A DNA stretch of 64,000 nt from Oligoflexales bacterium. GTDB lineage: Bacteria; Bdellovibrionota_B; Oligoflexia; Oligoflexales; RGVZ01. The stretch covers positions 579-64,578 of the forward strand of contig CANFEB010000006.1 in assembly GCA_947445775.1 (NCBI GenBank), written 5' to 3'. The notes under the pieces are model-generated. The model worked only from the letters and a program-made list of their open reading frames with translations, did not search any database and was not told the DNA's origin. Positions 37,554 through 47,057 of this stretch are shown piece after piece (the first letter of the stretch is position 1; the number at the start of each line of letters is the position of its first letter). A program made the position numbers and the translations under genes.

Positions 37554-38012
37554 TCAGAGGACCAAAAAGTCTGTCTGGGGAGCGTGCATCTCAAGGTAAC
37601 GCGCTGCTGGTCCGGGACCAGATTTATGCTTGCGAGAAATCATCCACATGGGCGGGCGCGATTTTCCTGATACGTCAAACATGACGACCTGAGAAACCTC
37701 TGCAGTCCGGCCACGATCAACAGCGACCTCCGCCGAGATGCGAAGTTGCTCACCCTTTTTTACGGCCGCATTGACATGACTGCTTTCCAAAACGAGTTCA
37801 TCAAAACGTCCAGTCTTGTTGACCGCCTCGAAAACAACGCGGAAACATGACGGCTTGGGCTGATCCTGCCCCCCCCCGGAGCACTCGCGAGAAATACCTT
37901 GGAGTTTATAGTTACCGCCGACGCGCTCCATCTTGGCTGCCAGAGCCAGACCAGAACTGAGCAGCAGCATGACTGCAGCCGTGTAAGCCATTTTGAAATT
38001 TGCCTTGATCAT
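37554..38012 (-). CDS. Hypothetical exported protein
   Basis: Signal-like N-terminus (AYTAAVMLLLSSGLALA). It sits 5 nt upstream of the rhomboid gene. No recognised motif. Confidence 0.45.
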   Translation of the reverse strand: MIKANFKMAYTAAVMLLLSSGLALAAKMERVGGNYKLQGISRECSGGGQDQPKPSCFRVVFEAVNKTGRFDELVLESSHVNAAVKKGEQLRISAEVAVDRGRTAEVSQVVMFDVSGKSRPPMWMISRKHKSGPGPAARYLEMHAPQTDFLVL

Positions 38013-38040
38013 GTGGCACCCCGTCCGTTTGATGATCTTG

Positions 38041-39588
38041 TTATACTAACTCAACGCCGCAGGCGGTCACAGCCTTGCCGTGAAAAAGCCACTCCGTGAC
38101 CTTTAGGATATCTTGGTGCATGGATCGATCCGCATCGACTGTTGACGACAGGCGCCGAATCTCGACCCTGACCTTTTGCAGGGCCGGAGATGGCTCCAAG
38201 GGCGCCAACAAGTCAATCCCTTGAGTTGCCGTCAACGCTTCGATTGCAATCACATGCATGGCATTGTCGATGACCTGACGCGCCTTGCGGGCAGCGATAG
38301 GCCCCATGCTAACGTGATCTTCCTTCTCCGCAGACGTGGGAATGCTGTCGACCGATGCCGGGTGGCAGAGAATTTTATTTTCAGAAACCAGAGCGGCCGC
38401 CACCACATGGGGAATCATAAAACCAGAATTTAAACCGCTGTCAGCTGTGACAAACGGCGGCAATCCGCTTTGAGTCGGATTGGTCAATTTCTCAATGCGG
38501 CGCTCGGAAATACTCCCAAACTCTGCTACGGCCATCGCCAAATAATCCAGGGCCAGGGCTAGGGGCTCGCCATGGAAATTTCCCCCACTGATCACCTCGG
38601 GTGCGCCGCCTTCAGCCCCGGCCAAAAACACTAGCGGGTTGTCGGTGACGGAATTCAAATCGCCTTCGATCACCGTGCGGACATGATCCAGCGCTCCACG
38701 CCCGGCCCCATGCACTTGAGGAATGCAACGGAAACTGTAGGGATCTTGAACTTTGCCGCAATTGGCATGGGAATCCATAATGGCGTCGTAACCGGAAAAA
38801 AGTTTCCGGAAATTCTCCGCCACAGCAGCCTGCGCTGGTTGGCGCCGCACGCTGTGAATGCGTGGATCAAACGCGCGAAGTGTGCCGCGGATGGCGTCCA
38901 AACTGAGCGCCGCCACGACGTCGGCCGAGCGGAAAAGATTCAGAGCATCAACACACGCAAATGCGCCTAACGTCGCCATGAAGTGGGTTCCGTTGATGCA
39001 CGACAGGCCTTCCTTAGCGGCCGGCTTGAAGGGCTTGACCCCCGCCGCCTCCATGGCCTCGGCGGCTGGCATGAGGCGGCCCCCGACATGGACACTGCCC
39101 TCGCCCATAAGACCCATGGCCAGATGGGCCAACGGCGCAAGATCGCCCGATGCGCCGACGCTGCCCTTTTCCGGAATCATCGGCAGGATGTCATGACGCA
39201 AAAAGGCCAGCACTACCTCCACCGCGCTCCGCGAGATGCCGCTGTGGCCAATCAAAAAGGTATGCGCCCGCAGAATCAACAACCCACGAACAACCTCTGC
39301 GCTGCAGGCATTGCCGACGGCGCAGGCGTGGGAGCGAATCAAATTAACTTGTAACTGCGACAGTTTTTCGGCGGGAATTTTGACATCGGAAAGAAAACCA
39401 AATCCCGTGTTGATCCCGTAAATTTTATTTTCAGAAGCCGCGCAGGACTCCACCGCACGGCGAAAATCATCAAGGCGCTGCCAGGTGTCAGGTTCCACAG
39501 AGATCGGCGGATTCTTTTGGCGGGCCAGGGCCACCAGGATTTCCGCCGTTAAATTATCGGACCCAAGCTTAAATGGAGGATGCTTCAT
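38041..39588 (-). CDS. hutH: Histidine ammonia-lyase (MIO enzyme)
   Basis: GSVGASGDLAPLAH carries the ASG MIO triad, with YGINTGFG. The selectivity region (LIRSHACAVG, Ser-His) fits HAL rather than PAL/TAL. Confidence 0.9.
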   Translation of the reverse strand: MKHPPFKLGSDNLTAEILVALARQKNPPISVEPDTWQRLDDFRRAVESCAASENKIYGINTGFGFLSDVKIPAEKLSQLQVNLIRSHACAVGNACSAEVVRGLLILRAHTFLIGHSGISRSAVEVVLAFLRHDILPMIPEKGSVGASGDLAPLAHLAMGLMGEGSVHVGGRLMPAAEAMEAAGVKPFKPAAKEGLSCINGTHFMATLGAFACVDALNLFRSADVVAALSLDAIRGTLRAFDPRIHSVRRQPAQAAVAENFRKLFSGYDAIMDSHANCGKVQDPYSFRCIPQVHGAGRGALDHVRTVIEGDLNSVTDNPLVFLAGAEGGAPEVISGGNFHGEPLALALDYLAMAVAEFGSISERRIEKLTNPTQSGLPPFVTADSGLNSGFMIPHVVAAALVSENKILCHPASVDSIPTSAEKEDHVSMGPIAARKARQVIDNAMHVIAIEALTATQGIDLLAPLEPSPALQKVRVEIRRLSSTVDADRSMHQDILKVTEWLFHGKAVTACGVELV

Positions 39589-39621
39589 TGAAAGGCTTTC
39601 ATAAAAATCGTCACAAATTAT

Positions 39622-40287
39622 TTACTGATTTTTTAGTGCGGCAATCGCCTGCCGCCGATCCTTGGCACCGTAAACGGAAGTTCCCGCCACGAGCACGTCG
39701 ACCCCACGGTCGCGCACCAAGGCTGCCGTCGCGGGATTGATTCCGCCATCGACACTGATTTTGATTTGGCTGCGAACGCCGGCCGATTCTGCCATCGCCG
39801 CAATTTTCGCAATTCGCTCCGGCGCGTCCGCCATGAATGTTTGGCCGCCAAAACCTGGGTTGACGCTCATGATCAACACCAAATCAACATACGGAAGGAC
39901 CGCCGCTAGGGTTTCCAGTGGCGTTGCCGGGCGCAGGGAAATACCTGCCTTGGCTCCTTTGGCGCGAATGAGCCTTGCCAGGGCCACGGGATCTTTCGAT
40001 GCCTCAATGTGAAAGGTCAGCCAATCAGAGCCGGAGTCAACGTAACTTGCCGCCACCTGGTCGGGATTGTCGACCATGATGTGCACGTCCAACGGCTTCG
40101 TCGCCACTGATTTGATTTGACGGATCACCGGCAAACCGAAGGTCAGATTGGGAACAAAATGACCGTCCATGACGTCCACATGATGCCAATCTGCGCCGGC
40201 CGCCTCGACCGAACGAATTTCGTCGGCGAGGTGCAAAAAATCAGCGGAAAGAATGGAGGGCGAAACCAAAACAGTTGAACGGCCCAT
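39622..40287 (-). CDS. rpe: Ribulose-phosphate 3-epimerase
   Basis: SPSILSADF..WHHVDVMDGHFVPNLTFG and MSVNPGFGGQ. Confidence 0.95.
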   Translation of the reverse strand: MGRSTVLVSPSILSADFLHLADEIRSVEAAGADWHHVDVMDGHFVPNLTFGLPVIRQIKSVATKPLDVHIMVDNPDQVAASYVDSGSDWLTFHIEASKDPVALARLIRAKGAKAGISLRPATPLETLAAVLPYVDLVLIMSVNPGFGGQTFMADAPERIAKIAAMAESAGVRSQIKISVDGGINPATAALVRDRGVDVLVAGTSVYGAKDRRQAIAALKNQ

Positions 40288-40297
40288 GAGGGCTCCC

Positions 40298-40852
40298 TTA
40301 TGCGTTATTAAGCGGTCCCCGGCGCAACATCTTTTTTTTGATGATGTCGGCTTTCAGGCGAGACATGCGTTGGAAAAATACGACTCCATCCAGATGATCA
40401 ATTTCATGCTGGATGCAGACGGAAAAAAGTTCATTGGCGTGGACTTCATACTCTTTGCCATTTTCGTCAAAGGCCTTGATCCAAACTTCGGCCGCACGGT
40501 CGACAAAATCAAAAATTTCCGGAAAGCTGAGGCAGCCCTCTTGCCAGCGAATCTTCCCAGACTTTTTGATGATCTCAGGATTGATAAGCACCCAGCGCTT
40601 GTCATGCCAGGGCTCCTGTTTTTCTTCCTGTTCCGAATACTTGCTGTCGGACCATGGGATCTCAATGACAATCACTCGGCGAAGGTCTCCGACCTGATTG
40701 GCTGCAAGTCCGATCCCGCCCGAATCGTGCATGGTTTCAAACATGTTGGCGACGAATTGCTTTAATCCGGCATCAAAGGTGGTGACCGGATCGGCCTTGG
40801 TTTCAAGGACTTTGGCTGGCCATACGAGAACGTCTAAAACTGACACGTGCAT
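40298..40852 (-). CDS. def: Peptide deformylase
   Basis: All three motifs are present (GIGLAANQVG, EGCLSFP, QHEIDHLDG). It carries an insertion of about 15 aa (WSDSKYSEQEEKQEPWHD) between motifs 1 and 2. Confidence 0.93.
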   Translation of the reverse strand: MHVSVLDVLVWPAKVLETKADPVTTFDAGLKQFVANMFETMHDSGGIGLAANQVGDLRRVIVIEIPWSDSKYSEQEEKQEPWHDKRWVLINPEIIKKSGKIRWQEGCLSFPEIFDFVDRAAEVWIKAFDENGKEYEVHANELFSVCIQHEIDHLDGVVFFQRMSRLKADIIKKKMLRRGPLNNA

Positions 40853-40896
40853 GCTCCTGTGGGTATCCACAGGGTTAGCACAAAATTTTGCGGGAA

Positions 40897-41130
40897 TCAG
40901 CCCCGATCCCGCCTCGCAAAAACCCGGCCAGCCCCCGATGCAGCCATATCAATGGCGGACTGGTAGCCCCGCGTGATCTGGGACTCTATCGCTGCAACCA
41001 CCTGATTATTAACGAGAACTTCATGGGCCCGATGAAAAAGGGTCTGCCCACCGACTTGGATCGACAAGACATAGACCCAAATTGCGCCCTGAAGCACCAG
41101 CCGGCACGCTAACTTTATTTTATCCCGCAT
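40897..41130 (-). CDS. Possible small membrane protein (77 aa)
   Basis: It fills the 333-nt lon-def gap. GGGGGGAA lies 4 nt upstream of the ATG at 41130, and there is one hydrophobic helix. No homology evidence. Confidence 0.3.
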   Translation of the reverse strand: MRDKIKLACRLVLQGAIWVYVLSIQVGGQTLFHRAHEVLVNNQVVAAIESQITRGYQSAIDMAASGAGRVFARRDRG

Positions 41131-41185
41131 GGTTCCCCCCGCCCGACACTCAGTTCGGCGTCTAGTCCGGCATTCCATCTGTTAA

Positions 41186-43645
41186 TCAGCTCGCTAAATC
41201 TTGCCCCTCGCCAACCTTCTCGGCGGCGCCTGGAACCAAAGCCAACTTCCCGGAATTGCCGAAGAGTTCTTCGAATACCTCCGAATATTCTTTCACAAAC
41301 CGAACCCGGATGCGACGCTTGACATTCGTCGGCAGGGCCTCAAAGGAACTGCGGTTTTTTTCCGGAACTAACACCGACGAAATTCCGTCTCGCAATGCCG
41401 CCAGAATCTTTTCGCGCAAACCACCGATTGGAAGAACCTTGCCGTGAAGGCTGATCTCGCCGGTCATGGCGGACCGTTGCGATGGCGCCACCCCTTTGAG
41501 GGCCGACAGAATCGACGTTGCAATGGTGATCCCAGCACTCGGTCCGTCCTTTGGAACTCCGCCAGCCGGAACATGCACATGGACTTCGTTCTTGTTGAGC
41601 AGCTCCGGATCAAATCCGAATTCCGCGGCTCTTGACCGCACAAAACTAAATGCCGTCTGTGCCGACTCCTTCATCACGTTCCCGAGCTGACCCGTCAGAA
41701 CGAGGCGCCCCTTGCCCGTTGGAATCAAGTTGGTTTCGATGGCCAAAACCTCTCCGCCGTAAGGCGTGTAGGCCAGACCCATCGCAACGCCCACAGTGAT
41801 TTCACTGTGGATAGATTCTCCAGCAAATCGTTCGGCACCGAGATGGCGCTGAACCAAGGCTGGTGTCAATCGAACAGAAATCGGCTTTTTGACGTCTTCC
41901 TTGTCGGCTGAATCGAGGGCTTCGGCTTGCTGGCGGGCAATCTTGCGGCAGATCGATGCGATCAATTTTTCAAGGCCGCGCAGACCACTTTCGCGAGTGT
42001 AGCTGTTGATGATCGTTGAAACCGCCGCCTTGCCAAAGACCACGTCGCTTTCGGCCAGGCCCGATTCTTTGATCTGTTTCGGAATCAGAAACTGGTTGGC
42101 GATGATGACCTTTTCCTCTTCCGAATAGCCGGCGACTTCGATGATCTCAAGGCGGTCACGCAAAGGCGCCGGAATGGTATCAAGGGTATTCGCATTGGCA
42201 ATGAACATCACATCTGACAAGTCAAAAGCCACGCCAAGATAATGGTCGACGAAAGCCTTGTTTTGTTCGGGATCAAGCACCTCAAGCAAAGCCGACGATG
42301 GGTCACCACGGTGGTCCGCACCAAGCTTGTCAATTTCGTCGAGCATAATGATCGGATTCATGCTCTTCGCGGATTTCATGCTCGATATGACCCGGCCTGG
42401 AAATGCCCCGACATAGGTCTTGCGATGCCCGCGGATATCGGCTTCATCACGCACGCCACCAAGTGAGATGCGCGAAAACTGCCGGCCGACGGCCTTTGCA
42501 ATGGATCGTCCTAGGCTGGTCTTGCCAACTCCCGGCGGCCCAACAAAACAAATGATTGGGCTCTTAGCTTCAGGATTGAGCTTCTTGACGGCAAGGTATT
42601 CCAAAATTCGGTCTTTGACTTGATCTAAGCCAAAGTGATCTTCATCCAAAACTTTTTTGACGTTCTTCAGCTCGAGAATATCTTGGGATTTCACGCCCCA
42701 TGGCAGCGCCAGCAAGGTTTCCACGTGAGTGCGGGTCAGAGCCGCCTCGCTGGTATCTTGGTGCATGCGCTCAAGGCGACGCAACTGGCGGGTGACCTCC
42801 TCCTTGGCTTCGTCACTCAACTTGAGTTCTTCAACGCGCTTCCAAAGCGCTTCCATTTCTTCTTTGCCATCATTGTCACCGAGCTCGGTGCGAATAACGC
42901 GCATCTGCTCGCGCAGATAATGTTCACGCTGCATCCGGCCGATTTCTTCTTTTGCTTGGGACTGAATCTTGACCTGCATCTGGTACACCTCGATTTCCCG
43001 AGACAGGAAACCGTAGACGCGGCGTAAACGCTCGACCGGATTGGCTAGGGCAAGAACAGACTGGGACTCGTGAACTTTTAGGCCCAGATTCGCTGCGACC
43101 AGGTCAGCCAGACGACCTGGCTCATTCACATCTTCCAGCACCATCAAGATATCGGGAGAAAGAACCTTACCCAGACCAACGACCTTCTCAAGGTTTTCTC
43201 GAACGGCGCGAATCATGGCTTCCGTTTCCGGTGATCCATTGACGCAAGCATCGTCGAGTACAGTCCGGGTTTGAACCAGGGGATGGCCCTCGTTCTTGAC
43301 CAGGGTAACGAGCTTTGCCTTGTATAAACCCTGAACGAGAACCTTCATCCGGCCATCTGGAAGCTTACGCGTCCGCATGACAGAACAAACCGTTCCGGTC
43401 GCATACACATCAAATGGTGGCTCCAGGGAGGCTTCAAGGCCCGTCCCTTCTTCACCGCTGACCTTGAAGGCCGACAAGAAGATTTTCTTGCTCCCAGCCA
43501 TGGCCGTCTCCACCGCGCTGATGCATAGATCTTCGTTGACGAAGACCGGTACGATCATGTGGGGAAAGACAACGATGTCTTTCAAGGGGAGGAGGGGCAT
43601 CTCCGCACTCATTTCATTACCTTGGGTCACAACCACAGCCGTCAT
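41186..43645 (-). CDS. lon: ATP-dependent Lon protease
   Basis: LPLLPLKDIVVFPHM N-domain, Walker A GPPGVGKTS and protease site PKDGPSAG. AAGGAG lies 8 nt upstream of the ATG at 43645. Confidence 0.97.
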   Translation of the reverse strand: MTAVVVTQGNEMSAEMPLLPLKDIVVFPHMIVPVFVNEDLCISAVETAMAGSKKIFLSAFKVSGEEGTGLEASLEPPFDVYATGTVCSVMRTRKLPDGRMKVLVQGLYKAKLVTLVKNEGHPLVQTRTVLDDACVNGSPETEAMIRAVRENLEKVVGLGKVLSPDILMVLEDVNEPGRLADLVAANLGLKVHESQSVLALANPVERLRRVYGFLSREIEVYQMQVKIQSQAKEEIGRMQREHYLREQMRVIRTELGDNDGKEEMEALWKRVEELKLSDEAKEEVTRQLRRLERMHQDTSEAALTRTHVETLLALPWGVKSQDILELKNVKKVLDEDHFGLDQVKDRILEYLAVKKLNPEAKSPIICFVGPPGVGKTSLGRSIAKAVGRQFSRISLGGVRDEADIRGHRKTYVGAFPGRVISSMKSAKSMNPIIMLDEIDKLGADHRGDPSSALLEVLDPEQNKAFVDHYLGVAFDLSDVMFIANANTLDTIPAPLRDRLEIIEVAGYSEEEKVIIANQFLIPKQIKESGLAESDVVFGKAAVSTIINSYTRESGLRGLEKLIASICRKIARQQAEALDSADKEDVKKPISVRLTPALVQRHLGAERFAGESIHSEITVGVAMGLAYTPYGGEVLAIETNLIPTGKGRLVLTGQLGNVMKESAQTAFSFVRSRAAEFGFDPELLNKNEVHVHVPAGGVPKDGPSAGITIATSILSALKGVAPSQRSAMTGEISLHGKVLPIGGLREKILAALRDGISSVLVPEKNRSSFEALPTNVKRRIRVRFVKEYSEVFEELFGNSGKLALVPGAAEKVGEGQDLAS

Positions 43646-43890
43646 CCGGAATCTCCTTCGGAAACAGGTATGCCATAAAAATGCGTTCTGCTGTCTCTAG
43701 GGAAGTATCGGAGGCAATCGAAGGAACATTAGTCCCACCCCGATTAACGACCTCTACCGTCATTTGTATTTTGGCGAAAATTTCGCGGGGAACCCTAATC
43801 ACAACAGCAAGATCGCCGGGCAGGGAGCCTGACGGGTTCCCGAAGAATGGGAACCTTTACTTGCTCGAGGGCGTCAAGCCAGATGCCAAA

Positions 43891-44478
43891 TCAACTATCA
43901 CTTCTGGTCGTAACACTTACCATCGCAGCCCGGACCAGCCTGCCATTGAGCAGATAACCCTTGGCAAACTCCTGTGCCACGATTTCAGACTCACAATCTG
44001 GATCCTCAATCCTCTGAATTGCCTGATGCACATTGGGGTCGAACTTTGATCCCACGGCAGGAATTTCTTCGAGCCCGTGTTTACGCAGAGCGGCCAGCAA
44101 TTGGAGCTTCACCATGCCCATGCCCTCCAACAAGCCCGATGCGTCTGTTGTGGTTTCTTGTCCGGATCCCATAGCCTGATTGAAACTGTCGAGAACTGGC
44201 ACGAGATCCTTGACCAAACCCTCGGCGGCAAACTTCAATAGGTCCGATTTTTCTTTTTCAGAACGCCGGCGGTAATTCTCTAAGTCAGCGGCCTGGCGCA
44301 AATACTTGTCTTGAAAAACCCGAGCTTCTTCGCGGCTTTTTTCCAATTCAACTTGCATAGCGTTCTCGCTTGAGTTGGCATCATTGGAATCGCCGGAATC
44401 ATGGATCTCGGAGGATTTTTCAGCGTCTTGTTGACTCATCATGACTTTATCTGGCTCCACCAGTTGGTACATTTCCAA
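43891..44478 (-). CDS. grpE: Nucleotide exchange factor GrpE
   Basis: DKYLRQAADLENYRRRSEKEK and the C-terminal beta-domain FDPNVHQA...V..GY..NGRLVRAAMV. Confidence 0.93.
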   Translation of the reverse strand: MEMYQLVEPDKVMMSQQDAEKSSEIHDSGDSNDANSSENAMQVELEKSREEARVFQDKYLRQAADLENYRRRSEKEKSDLLKFAAEGLVKDLVPVLDSFNQAMGSGQETTTDASGLLEGMGMVKLQLLAALRKHGLEEIPAVGSKFDPNVHQAIQRIEDPDCESEIVAQEFAKGYLLNGRLVRAAMVSVTTRSDS

Positions 44479-44576
44479 TGGGAAATACCACCCTCAATGG
44501 CCCTAGTCGACCAAAGACCATGTTTTCATGTCTTAATTCTAGGCTCGTTTAAACCGGTTCTAAAGAGGGCAGAAAG

Positions 44577-44603
44577 TGCATGGGCTGGTAGGCTTTTTTC
44601 AAG
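44577..44603 (-). promoter_or_regulatory. Candidate sigma-32-type heat-shock promoter upstream of grpE
   Basis: The minus strand reads CTTGAAAAAAGCCTACCAGCCCATGCA. That is CTTGAA, a 12-13-nt spacer, then (G)CCCATGC, against the consensus CTTGAA-N13-15-CCCCATNT. It lies about 100 nt upstream of the grpE ATG. Confidence 0.35.
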
Positions 44604-44699
44604 TCAACAATTTTCTTTCTCAAAACGATTCTTAAGAGCGTTGACGCACACAAAACCTACTGCTAGTTAATTCACTCCTAAACACGGAGTATTTATAAA

Positions 44700-45038
44700 G
44701 TGGAATCCATTCGCGACACAGACCTCGTCACGAAACGCGTCAACGGAGCTCTGCCTCAGGTTGAAGCCCGTAATGAATTCGATTCGACCATGCTCGATAA
44801 AATCGACAGCTTTTCACTTGAAAATCTGGTTGATGTGAAAATTGGCCGCTTCTTGGATCAGCTGGGCAAATTTTACCCAGAAGGCCTTTACGATTTGATC
44901 ATGTCCAAGGTTGAAAAACCGCTTCTAGGCCAAATTTTGAAACGGACTGGCGGAAACCAGGTTCATGCCTCGAAGATTCTTGGCATCAACCGCAACACGC
45001 TCCGCAAAAAAATGAAAATCCATGGATTCGCCCCCTAG
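44700..45038 (+). CDS. Fis-family DNA-binding protein
   Basis: C-terminal GGNQVHASKILGINRNTLRKKMKIHG is a Fis-type HTH. The start is GTG 44700 or ATG 44790. Confidence 0.75.
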   Translation: MESIRDTDLVTKRVNGALPQVEARNEFDSTMLDKIDSFSLENLVDVKIGRFLDQLGKFYPEGLYDLIMSKVEKPLLGQILKRTGGNQVHASKILGINRNTLRKKMKIHGFAP

Positions 45039-45068
45039 GACAGATCCAGGATTTCATTGGTTACCCAA

Positions 45069-45094
45069 CCCGCCCGAGATTCGGCGGGTTTTTT
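45069..45094 (+). terminator. Rho-independent terminator after the fis-like gene
   Basis: CCCGCC-cgagattc-GGCGGG followed by TTTTTT. It abuts the convergent dnaB stop. Confidence 0.7.
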
Positions 45095-45095
45095 A

Positions 45096-46457
45096 TTATC
45101 CCTTGAGCAGGTTGTAAAAAGAGACAAATGAGGGCTGGTAGGCCAATGGCACGGTATCAAGTCCGCCGTGGCGGTTCTTTCCGAAAATGATCTCCGCTTT
45201 GCCGGAATCTTCGGAATTGCGATCGTAATAATCATCCCGATAAACGAACAAAATCACGTCGGCATCCATCTCGATTGACCCAGATTCGCGTAAATCGCTA
45301 ATTTTTGGGCGCTTGTCGATGCGCTTGTCTGCTTCACGATTGAGCTGCGCCAGAGCAAAAACCGGGACTTGAAGTTCTTTGGCCAGATTTTTCAAACCGC
45401 TGGAAATTTCCGCGATCTCCCGCTCCCGGCTTTCTGGGCGGCGGTTGGCTGAAGCCGTCATAAGCTGGAGGTAATCGACGATGATCAAGGCCAAGCCATG
45501 TTCTTTCTTAAAACGTCGGCACCTGGATCTAACTTCGGCCAGGCTGATGCCACCGGTTTCATCGATCCCCAAGATGGCCGGCAAACCGCTGAACGAGCGA
45601 AAGCCTTGAACCAGCCGGTTGCGCTCATCTTCGGTTAATGGATCGCCCCGACGCAGCTTGGCGGAATCCACCCGCGCCTCAGAGGAGATAAGGCGAGTCA
45701 TGAGCTGATTTTTTGCCATCTCAAGGGTAAAAATCAGAGTCGGATGGCCTCTCTTCACTGAATTCATGGCGCAATTCAATGCAAAGGCTGTTTTTCCCAT
45801 GCCAGGACGGGCTGCAAGAATGATTAGGTCGCTCTTCTGCCAACCACCGGTCACGGCATCTAGTTCGTTGAATCCCGATGGCACGCCGCTTAACTCGCCT
45901 GCACGCAGCATCTTTTGTTCAAGTTCGTTGATCGTACTTTCCAAGACCTCCATATGGGTGGAAACACCCCCCTGGCGATCTTGCTCATTGGTGATTTCAA
46001 GAAAGGACTTCTCCACTTCTTCGACAAATCCCATGATGTTGCCTTCGGCGGCGGCAGCCTTGCCGATGGTCTCTTGGCAAACGCGGATCATCTTTCTCAA
46101 AAAATAGTATTCGGCAACAATTTTAGCGTGATGTTCGATATTTTGAGCCACTGGGGCCTGTTGAATCAAATCAACGAGATAGACTGGGGCAGAGATCCGA
46201 GAATCTTGTTCTAGGCGTTGCATGCGATCGGCAACGGTTACAAGGTCGCAGGGCTCGCCCTTGGCATCGAGTGCCATCATGACCGTGAAAATCCTGCGGT
46301 GATAATCGAGGAAAAAATAATCCTCACGAATTTTGTCGGTGATCATCCCAAGCAGGGGTGGATCACGCAATACGGCGCCTAAAACTGCCTTTTCCGCCTC
46401 AACAGAGTGGGGCGGGGCAACGACGTCAATCGATGATTGGGGACTAAAACGTTCCAT
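45096..46457 (-). CDS. dnaB: Replicative DNA helicase DnaB
   Basis: PPHSVEAEKAVLGAVL, Walker A ARPGMGKTAFALN and IIVDYLQLM. The start is ATG 46457 (alternative TTG 46472), and no clear SD precedes either. Confidence 0.95.
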   Translation of the reverse strand: MERFSPQSSIDVVAPPHSVEAEKAVLGAVLRDPPLLGMITDKIREDYFFLDYHRRIFTVMMALDAKGEPCDLVTVADRMQRLEQDSRISAPVYLVDLIQQAPVAQNIEHHAKIVAEYYFLRKMIRVCQETIGKAAAAEGNIMGFVEEVEKSFLEITNEQDRQGGVSTHMEVLESTINELEQKMLRAGELSGVPSGFNELDAVTGGWQKSDLIILAARPGMGKTAFALNCAMNSVKRGHPTLIFTLEMAKNQLMTRLISSEARVDSAKLRRGDPLTEDERNRLVQGFRSFSGLPAILGIDETGGISLAEVRSRCRRFKKEHGLALIIVDYLQLMTASANRRPESREREIAEISSGLKNLAKELQVPVFALAQLNREADKRIDKRPKISDLRESGSIEMDADVILFVYRDDYYDRNSEDSGKAEIIFGKNRHGGLDTVPLAYQPSFVSFYNLLKG

Positions 46458-46477
46458 GAAATCCAATAACAATAATC

Positions 46478-46506
46478 AAAAAAAAACGCCGGGAAGGCGA
46501 CCCGCC
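46478..46506 (-). terminator. Terminator-like GC hairpin plus T9 between rplI and dnaB
   Basis: On the minus strand: CGGG-tcgcctt-CCCG, or alternatively CGCC-ttccc-GGCG, followed by TTTTTTTTT. The stems are short (4 bp). Confidence 0.4.
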
Positions 46507-46569
46507 CCAACAAAAGAGGGGGAAGGTCATGCTCAACCCAGCGCCTGTCAATTCCCATCAGAACCGGAC

Positions 46570-47013
46570 TTAGCCGGCAACAACCCAAACCTTGAATTTG
46601 GCGCTTACATCGCTGTGCAACTTCACCTGTGCAGCGTAGACGCCCACCTTCTTGATGTCATCAAGGATCGTGATTTCTTTGCGGGAAACCTTGATGCCTT
46701 CAGCCACTAGAAGTTGTTCAAGTTCCGCCGTTGTCACGGAACCAAAAATCTTTTCATCTTCGCCGACCTGCTTGGTCACGGTAACCGAGGTCTTTTCGAT
46801 CGCCGCAGCAGCCTTCATGGCTTCAGCCAAAAGTGCAGCGCGCTTTTTATCGAGAATGCGCTTGTGATGAGCAAGGGCGGCCTGGTTTCCTTCGTTGGCT
46901 GGCATGCCCAGTCCACGCGGCACCAGAAAATTGCGAGCGTATCCGTCACGAACATTGACGATGTCACCAACACGACCGAGGGTGTCAACATCATGGCTCA
47001 AAATAACTTTCAT
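46570..47013 (-). CDS. rplI: 50S ribosomal protein L9
   Basis: MKVILSHDVDTLGRVGDIVNVRDGYARNFLVPRGLG is canonical L9. Confidence 0.96.
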   Translation of the reverse strand: MKVILSHDVDTLGRVGDIVNVRDGYARNFLVPRGLGMPANEGNQAALAHHKRILDKKRAALLAEAMKAAAAIEKTSVTVTKQVGEDEKIFGSVTTAELEQLLVAEGIKVSRKEITILDDIKKVGVYAAQVKLHSDVSAKFKVWVVAG

Positions 47014-47057
47014 GATTCACTACTCCGGAATCTGTGTTCCTGATTCAGTCGTTCAAA

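Noticed and set aside
44479-44699. CIRCE/HrcA operator upstream of grpE.
   Set aside because: No TTAGCACTC-N9-GAGTGCTAA-like inverted repeat is present in the 220-nt region. Only a sigma-32-like match was found.
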